The notes below the pieces were generated by a model. That model was not told the DNA's origin. It saw only the letters and a program-made list of their open reading frames with translations, and did no database searches. This document shows positions 20,317 to 35,026 of a DNA stretch of 64,000 nt, one piece after another; the stretch's first letter is position 1, and each line of letters starts with the position of its first letter. Location: assembly GCA_963813715.1 (NCBI GenBank), contig CAWFAK010000005.1, positions 1,088,001 through 1,152,000 of the forward strand, read 5' to 3'. A program made the translations under genes and the position numbers. The stretch comes from an uncultured Planctomycetaceae bacterium (GTDB lineage: Bacteria; Planctomycetota; Planctomycetia; Planctomycetales; Planctomycetaceae).

Positions 20317-23262
20317 ATGCCCCGCTACGACCCGAAGCGAATTGAGTCCAAGTGGCAACGCTACTGGGACGAAAACCAGACGTTCGCCACGCCGGACGCG
20401 GCCCCAGGTCGGAAGAAGCTCTACGTACTGGACATGTTTCCCTACCCGTCGGGGGACGGACTGCACGTCGGGCATCCGGAGGGCTACACCGCCACGGACA
20501 TCGTCTGCCGCTACAACCGCATGCGGGGCAAGCACGTCCTGCACCCGATGGGCTGGGACGCGTTCGGTTTGCCCGCCGAGCAGCACGCCGTCAAAACGGG
20601 GACACACCCGCGAGAGACGACCTACAAAAACATCGAAACGTTCCGCCGCCAGCTGAAGATGCTCGGCTTCAGCTACGACTGGAAGCGCGAGTTTTCGACG
20701 ACCGATCCCGACTACTTCCGCTGGACGCAGTGGATCTTTCTGGTCCTGTTCGACACCTGGTTCGATCGCGACTCCAAGTCGGTCGGCTCAGACGGCCGCA
20801 CACGGAGGGGGCGTGGCCGCCCCATCTCAGAGTTGCCGATCCCAGCTGAAATCGAGCGTCAGGGGGCTGAAGCGGTTCGCCGCTACCAGGACAAGCAGCG
20901 GTTGGCCTATCAGCAGCTCGCGCCGGTCAACTGGTGCGCGGCGCTGGGGACGGTGCTGGCCAACGAGGAGGTCATCGACGGCAAGAGCGAGCGGGGCGGA
21001 CATCCGGTCACGCGAATCAGCATGCGGCAGTGGATGCTCAGGATCACCGAATACGCTGACCGGCTGCTCGACGGGCTCGACGATCTCGATTGGAGCGAGT
21101 CGATCAAGACCCTGCAGCGAAACTGGATTGGCCGCAGCCAGGGGGCCGAAGTCGACTTCTTTATCGGCGAGCCGGGCAGCGGTGAGCTCGAACAGGCCTC
21201 TGCCGCGTGGAAAAAGCAGCGGGCGTCGAGCGGTTTTCCCGCGGAGCCCGGCGACGACGTCTTGCGGATTTACACGACTCGGCCGGACACGCTGTTCGGT
21301 GCCACGTACATGGTGCTGGCGCCCGAGCATCCGTTTGTCGAACGGCTCGCCACGGCTGCGCAAAAGCCGGCCGTCGATCAGTATCGCAAGCAGGCCGCGG
21401 GCAAAAGCGATCTCGACCGGACCGACCTGGCGAAGGAAAAGACGGGCGTCTTCACCGGCGCCTTTGCGATCAATCCGGTCAACGCCCAGAAAATTCCGAT
21501 CTGGATTGCCGACTACGTGCTGGCCAGTTACGGCACTGGCGCGATCATGGCCGTGCCGGCTCACGACCTGCGAGACTGGGAGTTCGCGGTCCGTTTCCAA
21601 CTGCCCATCGTCCCCGTGGTGCAGCCGCCGCCCGCTTACGAGCCGACACGCGAGGAGTCGGCACTGACGGCGACGATCAACGGTCAAGCGAGAACTCCGT
21701 TCGTCGGCCTGGGCACGGCCATGAATTCGGGGACGTATAACGGCACGCCCACCGCCACGTTCAAGCCGAAGATCACGGCGGACCTGGCGGCGGCGGGAAT
21801 CGGCCGCGAGGCTGTCAACTATCGGCTGCGTGACTGGCTATTCAGCCGGCAGCACTATTGGGGCGAACCGTTTCCGATCTGGCACGAGCTCGACGCGCAG
21901 GGAAATCCGACGGGACTGTTGCGCGCCGCGTCAGATAGCGAACTGCCGATTACGTTGCCCGAAATGTCCGACTTCAAGCCGTCGGGCAGGCCGGAGCCTC
22001 CGCTGGCCAAAGCGCCGGCCGAGTGGCTCTACAAAACGGACAAGGACGGCACGCGGCTGGCCCGCGAAACCAACACCATGCCGCAATGGGCCGGCTCGTG
22101 CTGGTACTACCTGCGGTTCATCGACCCGAAGAACTCGCACAGCCTGGTCGACGTGCAAAAAGAAAAGTATTGGATGCCCGTCGACCTGTACGTCGGCGGC
22201 GCCGAACACGCCGTGCTGCACCTGCTCTACTCGCGGTTCTGGCACAAGGTGCTCTTCGATCGGGGCTACGTCAGCACGGCCGAACCGTTCCAGAAGCTGG
22301 TGAACCAGGGCATGATCCTGGGCGAGGCGGAGCTCACGCGCTTCCGAACGGCCAGCGGCAGTGACGTGCCGGTCGACGAGGTCACCGCCGGGCCGGACGG
22401 CAGCGAGGTCTGGTCGAAGACGAAAGAGCCGGTGCAGTCGATCTCGATGGTCCCGCGCGAGTGGGACCGCGAAGGGGAGGAGTACGTTCGTCGCGCCGAT
22501 GCGCCCGGAGAAGCGGTCGGCCAGCGGTTGCCGCAGCGGATGGTCGTGCAGCGGACTTACAAGATGTCGAAGTCGCGAGGCAATGTCATCAATCCGGACA
22601 CCGTGGTGGCCGACTACGGCGCCGACGCGCTGCGCCTCTACGAGATGTTCATGGGTCCGCTGGAAGCGACTAAGCCCTGGAGCATGAGCGGCGTCGAAGG
22701 GATCAGCCGATTCCTGGGTCGGGTCTGGCGGATGATTGCCGACGAGCGGGCCGACGACGTGCGTCTGTCGTCCGGCGTGCGCGACGTGCCGGCGACGCCC
22801 GAACAGCTCCGCATTTTGCATCGCACGATCAAGGCCGTCACCGACGACCTCGAAAAAATGTCGTTCAACACATCGATCAGCCGGCTGATGGAGTTCACCA
22901 ACGAGATCTCGCAGGCCGATCCGCGTCCCCGAGCGCTGCTCGAGCCGTTCGTGCTGCTCCTGAGCCCGCTCGCGCCCCATCTGGCCGAGGAACTGTGGCA
23001 AATTCTGGGACACTCGTCGACGCTGGCTTACGAACCGTGGCCGGCCTTCGACGAATCGTTGATTGCCGAAAGCGAGATCGATGTGCCGGTGCAGGTGAAC
23101 GGCAAGTTGCGGGGCAAAATCCGCGTGCCGGTCGGCGCCGACCAGTCGGCCATCGAAGCCGCGGCTCGCGCCGACACCGGCGTCGCCGGCTACCTGGCCG
23201 GCAAAATGGTCGTCAAGGTGATCTACGTCCCCGGGCGGCTGCTCAACTTCGTCGTGAAGTGA
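20317..23262 (+). CDS. leuS: Leucine--tRNA ligase
   Basis: [29 protein letters not shown] and VQVNGKLR; 981 aa. Confidence 0.98.
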   Translation: MPRYDPKRIESKWQRYWDENQTFATPDAAPGRKKLYVLDMFPYPSGDGLHVGHPEGYTATDIVCRYNRMRGKHVLHPMGWDAFGLPAEQHAVKTGTHPRETTYKNIETFRRQLKMLGFSYDWKREFSTTDPDYFRWTQWIFLVLFDTWFDRDSKSVGSDGRTRRGRGRPISELPIPAEIERQGAEAVRRYQDKQRLAYQQLAPVNWCAALGTVLANEEVIDGKSERGGHPVTRISMRQWMLRITEYADRLLDGLDDLDWSESIKTLQRNWIGRSQGAEVDFFIGEPGSGELEQASAAWKKQRASSGFPAEPGDDVLRIYTTRPDTLFGATYMVLAPEHPFVERLATAAQKPAVDQYRKQAAGKSDLDRTDLAKEKTGVFTGAFAINPVNAQKIPIWIADYVLASYGTGAIMAVPAHDLRDWEFAVRFQLPIVPVVQPPPAYEPTREESALTATINGQARTPFVGLGTAMNSGTYNGTPTATFKPKITADLAAAGIGREAVNYRLRDWLFSRQHYWGEPFPIWHELDAQGNPTGLLRAASDSELPITLPEMSDFKPSGRPEPPLAKAPAEWLYKTDKDGTRLARETNTMPQWAGSCWYYLRFIDPKNSHSLVDVQKEKYWMPVDLYVGGAEHAVLHLLYSRFWHKVLFDRGYVSTAEPFQKLVNQGMILGEAELTRFRTASGSDVPVDEVTAGPDGSEVWSKTKEPVQSISMVPREWDREGEEYVRRADAPGEAVGQRLPQRMVVQRTYKMSKSRGNVINPDTVVADYGADALRLYEMFMGPLEATKPWSMSGVEGISRFLGRVWRMIADERADDVRLSSGVRDVPATPEQLRILHRTIKAVTDDLEKMSFNTSISRLMEFTNEISQADPRPRALLEPFVLLLSPLAPHLAEELWQILGHSSTLAYEPWPAFDESLIAESEIDVPVQVNGKLRGKIRVPVGADQSAIEAAARADTGVAGYLAGKMVVKVIYVPGRLLNFVVK

Positions 23263-23686
23263 CGGTTCGCACTGAAGTGACGGGCTAAAGGGAAGTTGGG
23301 CTGCGTCGATCGGATGGTCGGGCGACTGCCGGCTGCTGCAATCGCCCCCGGACGTAAGATTCCTCAAGAATCGACGTTGTCGAGGTGGATATGGCACGTT
23401 CTGCCGATTGGGGCTGCGGAGGACCGTCGGGACCTTGATTCCGCGCAGGTCTCCCCGGAAGAATGGCTACGAGCCGGCAGTTTGCCGGTCAGGACGAAGC
23501 GGCGTTTCCGTCCGACAGTTCGCGCCCGATGCAATTGGCAGGTCCGGCAGAGGCCGCGTGGTGTTGACCCGCAAGTCGCGGGATGGAGTCGCCGGTTGGT
23601 TTTCGGCTGAGCAAGCGCGGAATGATTCCCGATATCTGCTTGGGCCAGAAAGATACGCATGCCAGCAGCATCTGGAGAAAGCCGCA

Positions 23687-24178
23687 ATGAGCCATTCGCA
23701 CCTGGGTGTCAAACATCTCTTGGCGCAGATCGAGACTGATCGTTCCCGTCGGGCCAATCGTAAGAATCGCCCCGAGTGGCTGGACGGGCTGGTCGAAGAG
23801 GCCGCCGCCAGTTTCGAGCCGCTGACCGGCGTTGCCCGCGTCGGTTACGAGTGCTTGCCAGAGGAGGGGGGCTGGAATGTCACTGTTTATTTGGGTGCGG
23901 TCGAGATGGTTGGCGGAAAGTCCGACGGCATGACACGGCTGCCCGACTTTCGCTGCGATCTCAAGCGGTTGCTCGAGCAGTTCGCCCAGATCGATGAACT
24001 GGAATGGACCGTCTGGCCGCAGGGGCCCGGCGATGGCGGTCCGGCTCAACTGTCGGTAGTGACGGTTGGCGGGATGGTCGGCACGAGCCGCGTTTGTCTG
24101 CGGGTGCGATCTTCGGCCCCGGAGGCGCTCGGTCCGGGCTTGCGTGAGTTCCCCGACGGGCGGGTGGAATCGGTCTGA
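23687..24178 (+). CDS. Hypothetical protein
   Basis: GGAG RBS; coding-like composition. Confidence 0.7.
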   Translation: MSHSHLGVKHLLAQIETDRSRRANRKNRPEWLDGLVEEAAASFEPLTGVARVGYECLPEEGGWNVTVYLGAVEMVGGKSDGMTRLPDFRCDLKRLLEQFAQIDELEWTVWPQGPGDGGPAQLSVVTVGGMVGTSRVCLRVRSSAPEALGPGLREFPDGRVESV

Positions 24179-24747
24179 GCCAGCCCGATTTCTGAGTCGG
24201 CTCGGCTCAAACACCGCGCAGGAACAGATCGGGTGAGACGTTCGCAGTGGGCGATCTCGGTCATCCTGTCGAGTATCACGCGTTGCAGAGAAGCTGCCTC
24301 CACTCGCGTTGCCCGCGCCGTCGGCCCGTGATTCAGCGGATCATTGCTTCTCCGGCCGCTTTTGTGCCGGGCACAATCCCGTGCCGGGCTAATCCCGCCC
24401 GGCCAACTGTGCGTCATTCGGTCGGCCGCCGCCTCGGCTCCGAAAACGGCTCACGACCCAAATCAGGCACCTCGCCAGAGCCGCAGGTACGCGAAGGCTT
24501 CCGCGCAGCGGTCATTCGCGCCCCGAATGGGCCGAGCTATGCTGCACGGAAGAGACTGGCGTTCCAGTACCTGACAACGTCGACGTGATCCAAAGTACGG
24601 ATCGCCGCGTGCGACGACGACTCGAACCGATGTCCCGCAACGGCTTCGATCTGCCCCGGCCACTTTAACGTCAGCGCGACAAGCGACTGTTGATCGTAGA
24701 GGCCAATTAATTAACACCGACCGTCCGGGGTCGGATCGCGAATTCTT

Positions 24748-27030
24748 ATGAAACCGTCGTTAATTTTTTCTGCGATCGGCGCGAGCTGCGGGGCGCTCGT
24801 GCTGGCCGCCCTCTTTTGGTGGCCCCTGTTTCGTGGCGGTGGGTTCGTCGGTGGAGACGTTTACAGCTATTACCTTCCGCAGAAGGTGGTCTACGCCGAA
24901 CACTTGCGACACGCCGAGCTGCCGCTGTGGAATGACCGGGCCGGTCACGGTTACCCGATCGTGGGCGAAAGCCAAACCGGCGCCTTCTATCCGCCGAATG
25001 CGATTCTCTATCGGCTGCTCGGTGTCAATGCGGCCTACAACGCCAACCACGTGCTGCATTATCTGCTCGCGGTTTTTTTTGCTTGGATGTATGCCCGCGC
25101 GATCGGTTTGAGCGTCTGGTCGTCCGGGCTGACGGCCCTCGTCTTTGTTTATGCCTGGTTTCCGCCGCGCTGCTGTTGGGAGTGGGCCATCGTGGGCGGC
25201 GCTTGGATGCCGGCCGCCTTCTGGTGCGTCGAAGATTTCTTGCAGACGCTTCGCGGCCGCGCTCTGCTCGGGCTGACGGCCGTGATCGCGATGCAATTGC
25301 TCGCGGGGCATTTCAACCTGGCCTTTCTGACTTTGCTGGCGCTCGTCCCGTACATCGTGTTGCGCGTTGTCTTTGCACAACCAACGACGCTGGCGGTCGC
25401 GGGCCGTGCCGCGCGATGCGGATCATGCTTCCTCTCGCAGCGCTGGTTTGCGGCTTTGGCCTGGCAGCCGTCCAGCTCGGACCAACCTGGGAATTGAAAC
25501 AGGTCAGTCAGCGAGAAACGCCCGGCGCGCACCATCGCCTCGAGCAGGGCTCCATTCCGTTTTGGTATTGGTCGCAGGCGGTGCGGCCCTGGTATTGGTA
25601 TTCGGCAAAGACCGACCGCGACGCCGCACTTCGTGCGTCGGAGGCCGACCTCGGCGCTCCGACCAACCAGGTCGAGGCGCAGCTCTACTTCGGGCTCATC
25701 CCGTTGATCCTGGCGCTAGCCGAAATCGTCCCCGCATTTCGCACACGCGATCGCGTCAGTCTCATCTGGCTCGCGCTGGCTCTGGCGGCCCTGGTTTACA
25801 CGCCTGGATGGCTTCTGCCGATCACGCGTCACATTCCGGGCTTCGACTTCTTTCAGGATCCGGGACGTTACGGCTTGATCACGACGTTCGGTGTGGCGGT
25901 GCTAGCCGGCAAATCGCTCGACCGATTGCGAAACACGGGAGCGTTGTGGCTGGCTCTGGCGCTCTTGGGCGGATTTCTTGCCGCGATGTGGACGGCCCTC
26001 GCGCTCACCTCGCAGGCCGAGGATTTGACGGGAAGCGGTGATTCGGTTAGCCCGTTCGTGCTTGGACCGCTCACAGTCTCATCGGGATTTGTTTCGGGAC
26101 TGACGGTCATCGGGCTGATCACGCTCGTGCTGGCCATCCTGGCCCAATACTCCGCGCGCACGCCCGACCGGTCGCAACCGTCCTCGATTGGCACCGCGAT
26201 CTTTACGGCCTGCGCGCTCGTGGTGACGGCCCTCGACTTGTGGCTCGTGAGCCGCGTGGTCACGTACAGCGTGATGGTGGCCGATCCGCCGATCAATCAT
26301 CTTGCACAGAGCCCGGTCCGCAAGATCCTGGCAGAGCGAGGCGGCACGGCCCGAGTCTATGCTCCGTTTCCAAACTTGGGGACGGTGCTCGACGCGGCGG
26401 CCACGCCGGTCTACCTGACGTTCGGCCCAGCTGCTTACGATGACCCAAAACTCACCATGCCCAGCGGACCCGGTGCGACTCCCGCGCAGCAGGTCGATTG
26501 GATGCGGCGGGCCGGCGTCACACACATCCTCAGCTTTGAGCCGCCGGCTCGGCTCGGCTATCCGGCCCGCGTTGTCTGGAGCGGTTTCGATCCGCTGTTG
26601 AATCCGGCAATGGCGCGATTCGGCGAACCGTTTTATCTCTCCGAGCTCGCAGCCAGTCGCGGGCGAGTAGCCTGGGAGCATCCCGATGCGCATCGCACGG
26701 CAAAGATCACGAACTTCCGCTCCGACCGCGTCACCGCGCAGGCCGATTCACCGGCTGACGACCGGCTGATCCTGACCGATTTGATGTATCCGGGTTGGCA
26801 AGTGACGGTCGATGGTGCACCGGCCCAGCCGCTCACGATCGACGGCATGCTGCGGGGCGTCGACGTTCCCGCAGGTTCGCACACGGTCGTCTGGTCGTAT
26901 CATCCGCGGTCCCTTCTATTGGGGCCTGGCCGTCAGCCTGGTCACGTTCGTGTTCCTGGCGGCCGTCGCCCACGTGCGGTACTGGCACCCGCAACGGTTG
27001 GCATTTCTCGATCCGGCACGTCATCCATGA
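24748..27030 (+). CDS. YfhO-like polytopic membrane protein (GT-C-type glycosyltransferase candidate), paralog 1, frameshifted
   Basis: GGD..Y..P, LPLWN...GYP..GE.Q...FYPPN, QLLAGH and C-terminal YPGW.VTVDG...RGV. Confidence 0.82.
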
Positions 27031-29305
27031 CCGCCCGCGGATTTAAGGTCGCGGCTGCCGCGATCGGCTTCACGCTCTTGTTCTGGTGGCCGCTCGCGTG
27101 CGGCGGCGGGCTGGTGGGCGGCGATACGTATCGCTACTTCCTGCCGCAGAAAGTTGTCTACGCCGAGTTGCTCCACCGCCACGAGCTGCCCCTCTGGAAC
27201 AGTTGGGTCGGCTTTGGGTATCCGATCATCGGCGAGAGCCAAACCGGCGTCTTTTATCCTCCCAACGTTCTTCTGTATTCGCTGCTGTCGGTGAACACGG
27301 CCTACAACTTCAACTTCCTCCTGCATTACGTGCTGGCGTTTCTCTTCACCTGGATGTACGCCCGCGCGATCGGTCTCAGCGGTTGGGGAAGCGGACTCGC
27401 GGCGCTGGTCTTCACGTTCGGTTGGTTTCCTCCGCGCAGCGGCCTCGAATGGGCCATCCTGACAGGCGCCTGGCTCCCGGCAGCCCTTTGGAGCTGCGAA
27501 CGATTCCTGGTGACGCGACGCCCCCGGTTCGCCCTCCTGCTCTCGATCGTGTTGTGTTTGCAGCTCTTGGCTGGGCACTTCAATCTGGCGTTCCTCACGG
27601 TGCTGACGCTTGTCGCGTACGTGCCGCTGCGACTGTTCTTTGCCAACCGCGATTTGCCGGCGGAGACTCGCACGCGGGCGAAATCACTGGGTGGATTGTC
27701 GCTGGTCGCCGTCGGGACGGCCGGGCTGTTGGCGGCCGTCCAACTCGTGCCGACGTGGCAATTGATGCATCTGAGTCAGCGCGTCGAGCAGGGGCCCGAT
27801 CATAATCTGCGCTCCGGGGCGATTCCGGTTTGGTATTGGTCGCAGCTGGTGGAACCTTGGTATTGGTACGGGCTGGGAACCGATCGGCAGGCTGCCCTGG
27901 ATGCCGCGCGAGCCGAGCTGGGGGGACGCACGAACCCGGTCGAGCGCATCTCTTCGTCGGCTTGGTGCCGCTGCTCTTGGCACTGGCTTGGACCGCGATC
28001 GCAGTTAAGAGGCGCGATCGATTGAGCCTCGTCTGGGCCGGACTGGGGCTCGCCGCTCTCGTCTATACGACCGGTTGGCTGGTGCCGATCGGCCAACACT
28101 TACCGGGCTTCAAATACTTCTCTGCCCCCGGCCGCTATGGGCTGATCACCACACTGGCCGCCGCCGTGCTGGCAGGCAAAGGTCTCGACTGGCTGCGACA
28201 AACCGACGCGCCGGCGCTCCAAGCGGGAGTGCTGGTCGCGTTCGTCGGTGCGATGTTCACCGGGCTGATGCTGACGGGCGAGGCGCAGAGTGTGAGCCAG
28301 CTCAACGGTCGTCCCAGCCCGTTCACGCTCGGCGATCTCACGCTCAGCGATGGCCCGATCTCGGTGTTGTTGTTACTCGGCGTGCTGGCGGCTCTGGTCG
28401 CCTGGGTGGGCCGCTTTTCGGCGCGGGGCTCGACGCGGCAGCTGGCGATGACCTGCGGCCGCTGGACCTTCACGGCGTGCGCGTTCGTCGCGCCGACGCT
28501 CGAGTTCTGGCTCGTCAGCCGCGTCGTGGCGGATAGCGAGCTCGTCGAATCGCCGCCGATCCGCGCTTTGGATGCGAGCCCCGTGCGTGAGCTTCTATCG
28601 AGACAGAAGCAACCCGCGCGGGTTCTTGCGCCCGTTGCCAATTTGCCCTCGGTGCTCGGGGCCGCGGTCACGCCTCCTTACCTCACATTCGCGCCGGCCG
28701 CCTATTTCGATCCCGCCCTGGAGATGCCGCCCGCACCGGCGACCGATTCCAGTCCGGAACAGAAAGCCAAAAGCCTGCGCCAACAAATCGATTGGCTGCG
28801 ACGAGCGGGCGTGACGCACGTGCTGGCGTTCGAGCCGCTCGATGCGGCTTGGCCCGTCCGGCTCGTTTGGGAGGGAGTTGATCCCCTGTTGAACCCGGCG
28901 TGGGCTCGTCTGCAGACTCTGCTCCTATACAAACTCGAGGGAAGTCGGGGACGCGTCGCTTGGGAATCCGCCGCAGCGGGGCAAGAGGCAAGCGTCACCG
29001 ATTACCAGCCCACGCGTGTGGTCCTCGAGGCGCACTCACCGGCGGGCGGGCGACTGATTCTGACCGACTTGCACTATCCCGGCTGGACGGTGACGGTCGA
29101 CGGCGCGACCGCCGAAGCCCAGCTTGTGGACGGACAATTTCGAGGCGTCACGCTCACGGGCGGCGCGCACGAGGTAGTCTGGTCGTACTCTCCGCGCGAC
29201 GTATACTGGGGTCTGTTCGTGAGCGCCGCGGCGTGGGTTGCGTTGGCGTTTCTCGCGTTGACGCTGGCGTGGCGCTCGCGATCAACAACACCTTCAACCG
29301 GATGA
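27027..29305 (+). CDS. YfhO-like polytopic membrane protein, paralog 2, frameshifted
   Basis: Same motif series as paralog 1; ATGA overlap at 27027-27030. Confidence 0.82.
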
Positions 29306-29313
29306 ACTGAGCC

Positions 29314-30309
29314 ATGAAGGCGGCGTACATCACTCGGACGGGGCCTCCCGAAGTCATCGAGTATGGAGATCTGCCCGATCCTCGGCCCGCCCCGACGCAG
29401 GTGCTGGTGAAGGTGGGTGCGGTCGCCGTCAATCCGATCGATACGTACATTCGCAGCGGCGCGGTCGCCATGATTGCCAACTTTCCGTACATCCTGGGGT
29501 GCGATCTGGCCGGAACTGTCGCCGCTTGCGGGGCTGACGTCCGTGGCATCAAGCCGGGCGATCGGGTGTGGGGGACGAACCAGGGACTGTTCGGACGACA
29601 AGGAACATTTGCCGAATTGGCGGCAGTCGACGAACGCTGGCTCTATCCAACGCCGGCCGATCAGCCGGATACGGAGGCGGCCGCCGGCGCCCTGGTCGGT
29701 ATTACAGCTCATTTGGGGCTCTTCCAAAACGCGAGCCTCAAGCCGGGCGAAACGCTGTTCGTCAACGGCGGCACGGGCGGAGTGGGGGCCGCCGTCGTTC
29801 AGCTGGGAAAATTCGCCGGGGCGCGCGTGATCGCCACGGTTGGTTCGGCGGAGAAGAAAAAACTCTGTGAGAGCTGGGGTGTCGATCTGGCACTCGACTA
29901 TCACTCGCCCACCCTCGATGACGAGATTCGCGCCTTTGCCGGGCCGGGCGGGATCGATGTCTGGTTCGAAACGCAGCGTGAGCCGACGCTCGATCGCACC
30001 GTCTCGCTGATGGCGCCGCGCGGCCGCATCGTACTGATTGCCGGCCGGGCAGCCCGTCCCGAGTTTCCCGTCGGTCCATTTTACACCAAGGACCTGCGAC
30101 TGAACGGCTTTGCGATGTTCAATGCGTCTCCCGAAGAGCAGCGAGCCGCCGCCAAGACGATCGGCGCGCTGTGCCGCCGCGGCGGCTGGAAACCGCAGGT
30201 CGGCCGCAAATTCCCGTTAGCACAGGCGGCCGATGCGCATCGACTGCAGGAAGACAACTCGACCAACAAGCAGGGCTCGCTCAGCGGCAAGATCGTGCTC
30301 GTGCCGTAG
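29314..30309 (+). CDS. NADPH:quinone reductase (MDR/zeta-crystallin family)
   Basis: VNPIDTYIRSG, NGGTGGVG and GKIVL. Confidence 0.92.
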   Translation: MKAAYITRTGPPEVIEYGDLPDPRPAPTQVLVKVGAVAVNPIDTYIRSGAVAMIANFPYILGCDLAGTVAACGADVRGIKPGDRVWGTNQGLFGRQGTFAELAAVDERWLYPTPADQPDTEAAAGALVGITAHLGLFQNASLKPGETLFVNGGTGGVGAAVVQLGKFAGARVIATVGSAEKKKLCESWGVDLALDYHSPTLDDEIRAFAGPGGIDVWFETQREPTLDRTVSLMAPRGRIVLIAGRAARPEFPVGPFYTKDLRLNGFAMFNASPEEQRAAAKTIGALCRRGGWKPQVGRKFPLAQAADAHRLQEDNSTNKQGSLSGKIVLVP

Positions 30310-30366
30310 TTGAACTGCGGTCGCCCGCGGGAGATGAATCCGCGGTGTCGAAGTCTGCGGTCGCAG

Positions 30367-30830
30367 TCAGCTCTGTCTGCCGTTGGGCTCGATCGGTTCG
30401 ATCTGCCCCTTGAAATGAGCGAGCGCGTCGGCCGGGTTCATGTTGAACAAAGCCCGGCCGCCGGTCCCCCAACGCCCCCGCTGATAATGAAAGAGGGCCG
30501 CCGCGTCGCGAACCATGCCGACGGCTTCGAGCCCCTCCATGTCGCCCCCTTCGATCGCCTCAAACCGGATGTTGATGCCGGCAAATGCGGTCAGCATTCC
30601 GGACTTGAGATCCCGGCCGAAGGTGACCGTGTCGAGCCAATCGCAATCGACCCACCGCAGGCCGCGCGGCTTTCCGAGCATTGCGCCTGGCGCAGGAACT
30701 GCATCTCCAATTGTTCGCGCTGCAGTCGGAACGCATGAATGGCCCGCTCGTTTTGGCGTCGGCGCCAAGCGCGGAAGGGGGACGACAACCAGGTGAGACA
30801 GATCAAGACATCGGTCCTTTCGATCGGCAC
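30367..30830 (-). CDS. Hypothetical protein, frameshifted
   Basis: Coding-like pieces FRLQREQLE, GKPRGLRWVDCDW and GRALFNMNP in two frames. Confidence 0.65.
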
Positions 30831-31651
30831 TGCTGATCAGATATCACCGATCAGCGCCCCGCTGACACTGGCTCGGAGCCCTCGTCGATACTCGGGGCTC
30901 GCGCAATTCAATCCCGTCCCGGTACCAGAAGAATTCTTTCACCACCAAGACACCAAGACACCAAGACACCAAGTAAAGGCCCACTGAGCGGATCGGGATT
31001 TCTTGGTGGGTTGGTAGTAACACCGCTCCGCTCATTGTCTCGCGTCCCCGTCCGGTTGTTCAAATCAATCCCGTCCCGTCCTTTCCCCCTCGCCCGGCCG
31101 CTTCGGCTGGGAGAGGGGCGGGGTGAGGGCCCAATTAATCCCGTCCCGATGTTCGTGTCCCGTCCTCGTCCCTGAATCAGTCCCGTCCCGGAGTCCGTTC
31201 CCTATCACCCCGGCGCCGGAGAGTGGACGAGGGGAGGGGCGATTTCGCCGGGATTTTCTCGGTGAAACAACGTGTCCCGTCCCGGCGTTGGTCCAAAGTC
31301 CCGGCGGTCCAAATTCCAAAGTCAAGATTGCGAGCATCTGATCTTCGACCTTGGACATTGGACGTTGGACCTTGGACTCGAACGGGAACGTGTCCCGATC
31401 TGGGCAAAGGCACCGCTTACTGGCGTGCGCGGCTCCTTAAGACAACTTGTCCGGGCCGGATCTCCGCTCACCGGTCGGACGCTGACCGGTGGGACTCTCG
31501 TCGGTGGGTCCACCCCCCTGATATCAATTGTGAGGGACCCGTCCCGGCGGGACCACTTTAAGGCGGACCCGGCGGGACAACTTGTCCCGGCGCGCCGCGT
31601 CTTCCCCCTCGCCCAGTCCGCTGGGAGAGCGGCTGTGTTTCTTTTCAAGAG

Positions 31652-32920
<1,269 letters not shown>

Positions 32921-33649
32921 TCAACTATCTCGTGGTCAAACTCCCTATTGAAAGTAGTTGACCATGACCCTGACCACGACCCCTTCAGACTCTTTCCCCC
33001 CTCGCCCCGCCGCGGGAGAGGGGCCGGGGGTGAGGGGGTCTTCGGGTCCCATCCCCGTTTCTAAATCAGTCCCGTCCCATTCTTTCCCCCTCGCCCGGCC
33101 GTCTCGGACAGGAGAGGGGCGATTTCGCCCGGGATTTTCTCGGTGAAACAACGTGTCCCGTCCCGTTTGGCAGACCAGTCCGGACCGGGGCCCCTGTTCG
33201 CGAGAGTGTCCGGACCGGGCCCCGACCCCCATCGCCTCTCTTCTCTGATCTTGGACCACGCCTTCGGCGGATCTTCGACCTTGGACTTTAGACCTTGGAC
33301 TCGCTTGAAGGTGTCCCGACCCACCGGGCAGGTTTTGATCCAGGAGATTGGACTCGCTCACGTCGTGGTCACGCTTGCCGCCAACAGCGCGCACGCAACC
33401 GCTCGCGCAAAAAGCCGCTCTCTCCATTCAGCCATAAAATCGCCACTCGGCCAAGATCAGTTTTTCATTTTCTCGGGAAGCCCCGATGAGGAGCGTCACT
33501 CCGCTTGCCACGGTTGGTCAGCCCGTGGACATTGGGTGCCCCGCCGGATCGAAAGCCCCAGCGCGCCGACAGCTCCTTCTTAAAGGGCAATAACATATTT
33601 GATCCAGTGGACCCCGGGCGGCATGATGGCGAGCCGGAGGAACCACGCG

Positions 33650-34753
33650 ATGGGCGAAAAGCTCAAATGCGGACGCTGCGGCAACGAGCTGGATTTGACT
33701 GGGCATCCTGTCGGAGATCCGTTCGCGGCCATTGGATCTTTCCTGATCTGTGGCGGATGCAGTTTCCCGAATCCGGCCGATCATCATGCAGCCGATTTCA
33801 AGTTTGGCATCATCGCGCTGCTGGGCCGACCGTACACGAACATCAAGGTCAAGAACGACCTTTTGATCCCGGTCAAAGAAGCATTTGACCGCAACATGGA
33901 TCGGGTCGTGTCCCTCTCGCAACTGCCAAGAGCGCTAAGCCTGCACTGGCAATTTTTCAAGGAAGGTGGGCCTCCGCGCGTCGGTCATATGTCTGTAGGA
34001 GCACCACGTGAGGCACCGGAAGTGCGTCCAATCTGGACCTACATGAGACACGATCCGCAATTCAAACACGACGACGTTTACGCAAACGTTTCAAAGGGAG
34101 TGTCTATCGGCATCGAAACATTACTCGCGTCGATGATCATCGGTGCTTGGACCGCATTCGAGACTCTTGCCGGTGACATGTGGGAGGCGGCGGTCAATTG
34201 CCATTGGCAGATTTTGTCCGCGTTACAGGGCGCACCTCAGAAGTGGCAAAACTCCAATTCGTCTGATGACCGTGGCGATGAGCAAGAATCTCCAGAAGGA
34301 CGGGGCGGAAAGGCCGCCGAGAAAGGCCTCCCCCTGGGAGTCCTTCAAAATGGCCCAGGACTTTTTGATAAGCTCGGCACACTGCTAAGAAAGCAGAGGC
34401 GATACACCTTTCAAACGCTTCCGGTAATTCGCAAAGCGTACGGGCAAGCGTTTTCGCAAGAGTTTCGAACAGGTGCGCGATGCCCTGATCCATTCGTCGC
34501 TTGATCATTTAGCGGGTGTTCGAAATGCGTTGGTGCATCGCGCCGGAAAGGCGGACGGAAAATTCAAGCGGCAGCTTACCGGATGCAGTCACTTCAAAGA
34601 CATTAAAGAGAACGATCCGCTGAACCTTGATGGAGCGGTTGTGTCGAGTTTGTCGGCAACGTGCTCATCCAAGCGATCGAATTGGTTGTCGCGGTTGACA
34701 AATGGATTTGCGATCATCCACAGGATAAGCAGCGAACTGAAGAGTCCGGTTGA
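33650..34753 (+). CDS. Hypothetical protein with N-terminal Zn-ribbon and C-terminal HEPN-like RxxxxH motif, frameshifted
   Basis: GGAGG RBS; CGRC...CGGC; AWTAFE; RNALVH in the 34473 frame; more AT-rich than neighbouring genes. Confidence 0.65.
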
Positions 34754-35026
34754 ATTAGAACAGCGCTGTTCGGCTTGCATAGGCGAAGGGGCGAGCACAT
34801 TGAACCGGGCTGCTCTACGGATCAAGATCCGTTTGAGTTAACTACCCTTCCGCAACCTTTCTTGCGCCGACCGGGCGACTCTGGCTGGCCGACGAGGTGG
34901 GCTGAGGGGTGCCTTGCCCGCAGATTCTTCAACCGAGTCTTTATCGGGCACGCCATCGCCCGCAGCAAGAACGCTGCCGGCCCATGTTTTGCCCGCGACT
35001 CGTCGCTCTGGCTAAAATTCCCGCCT

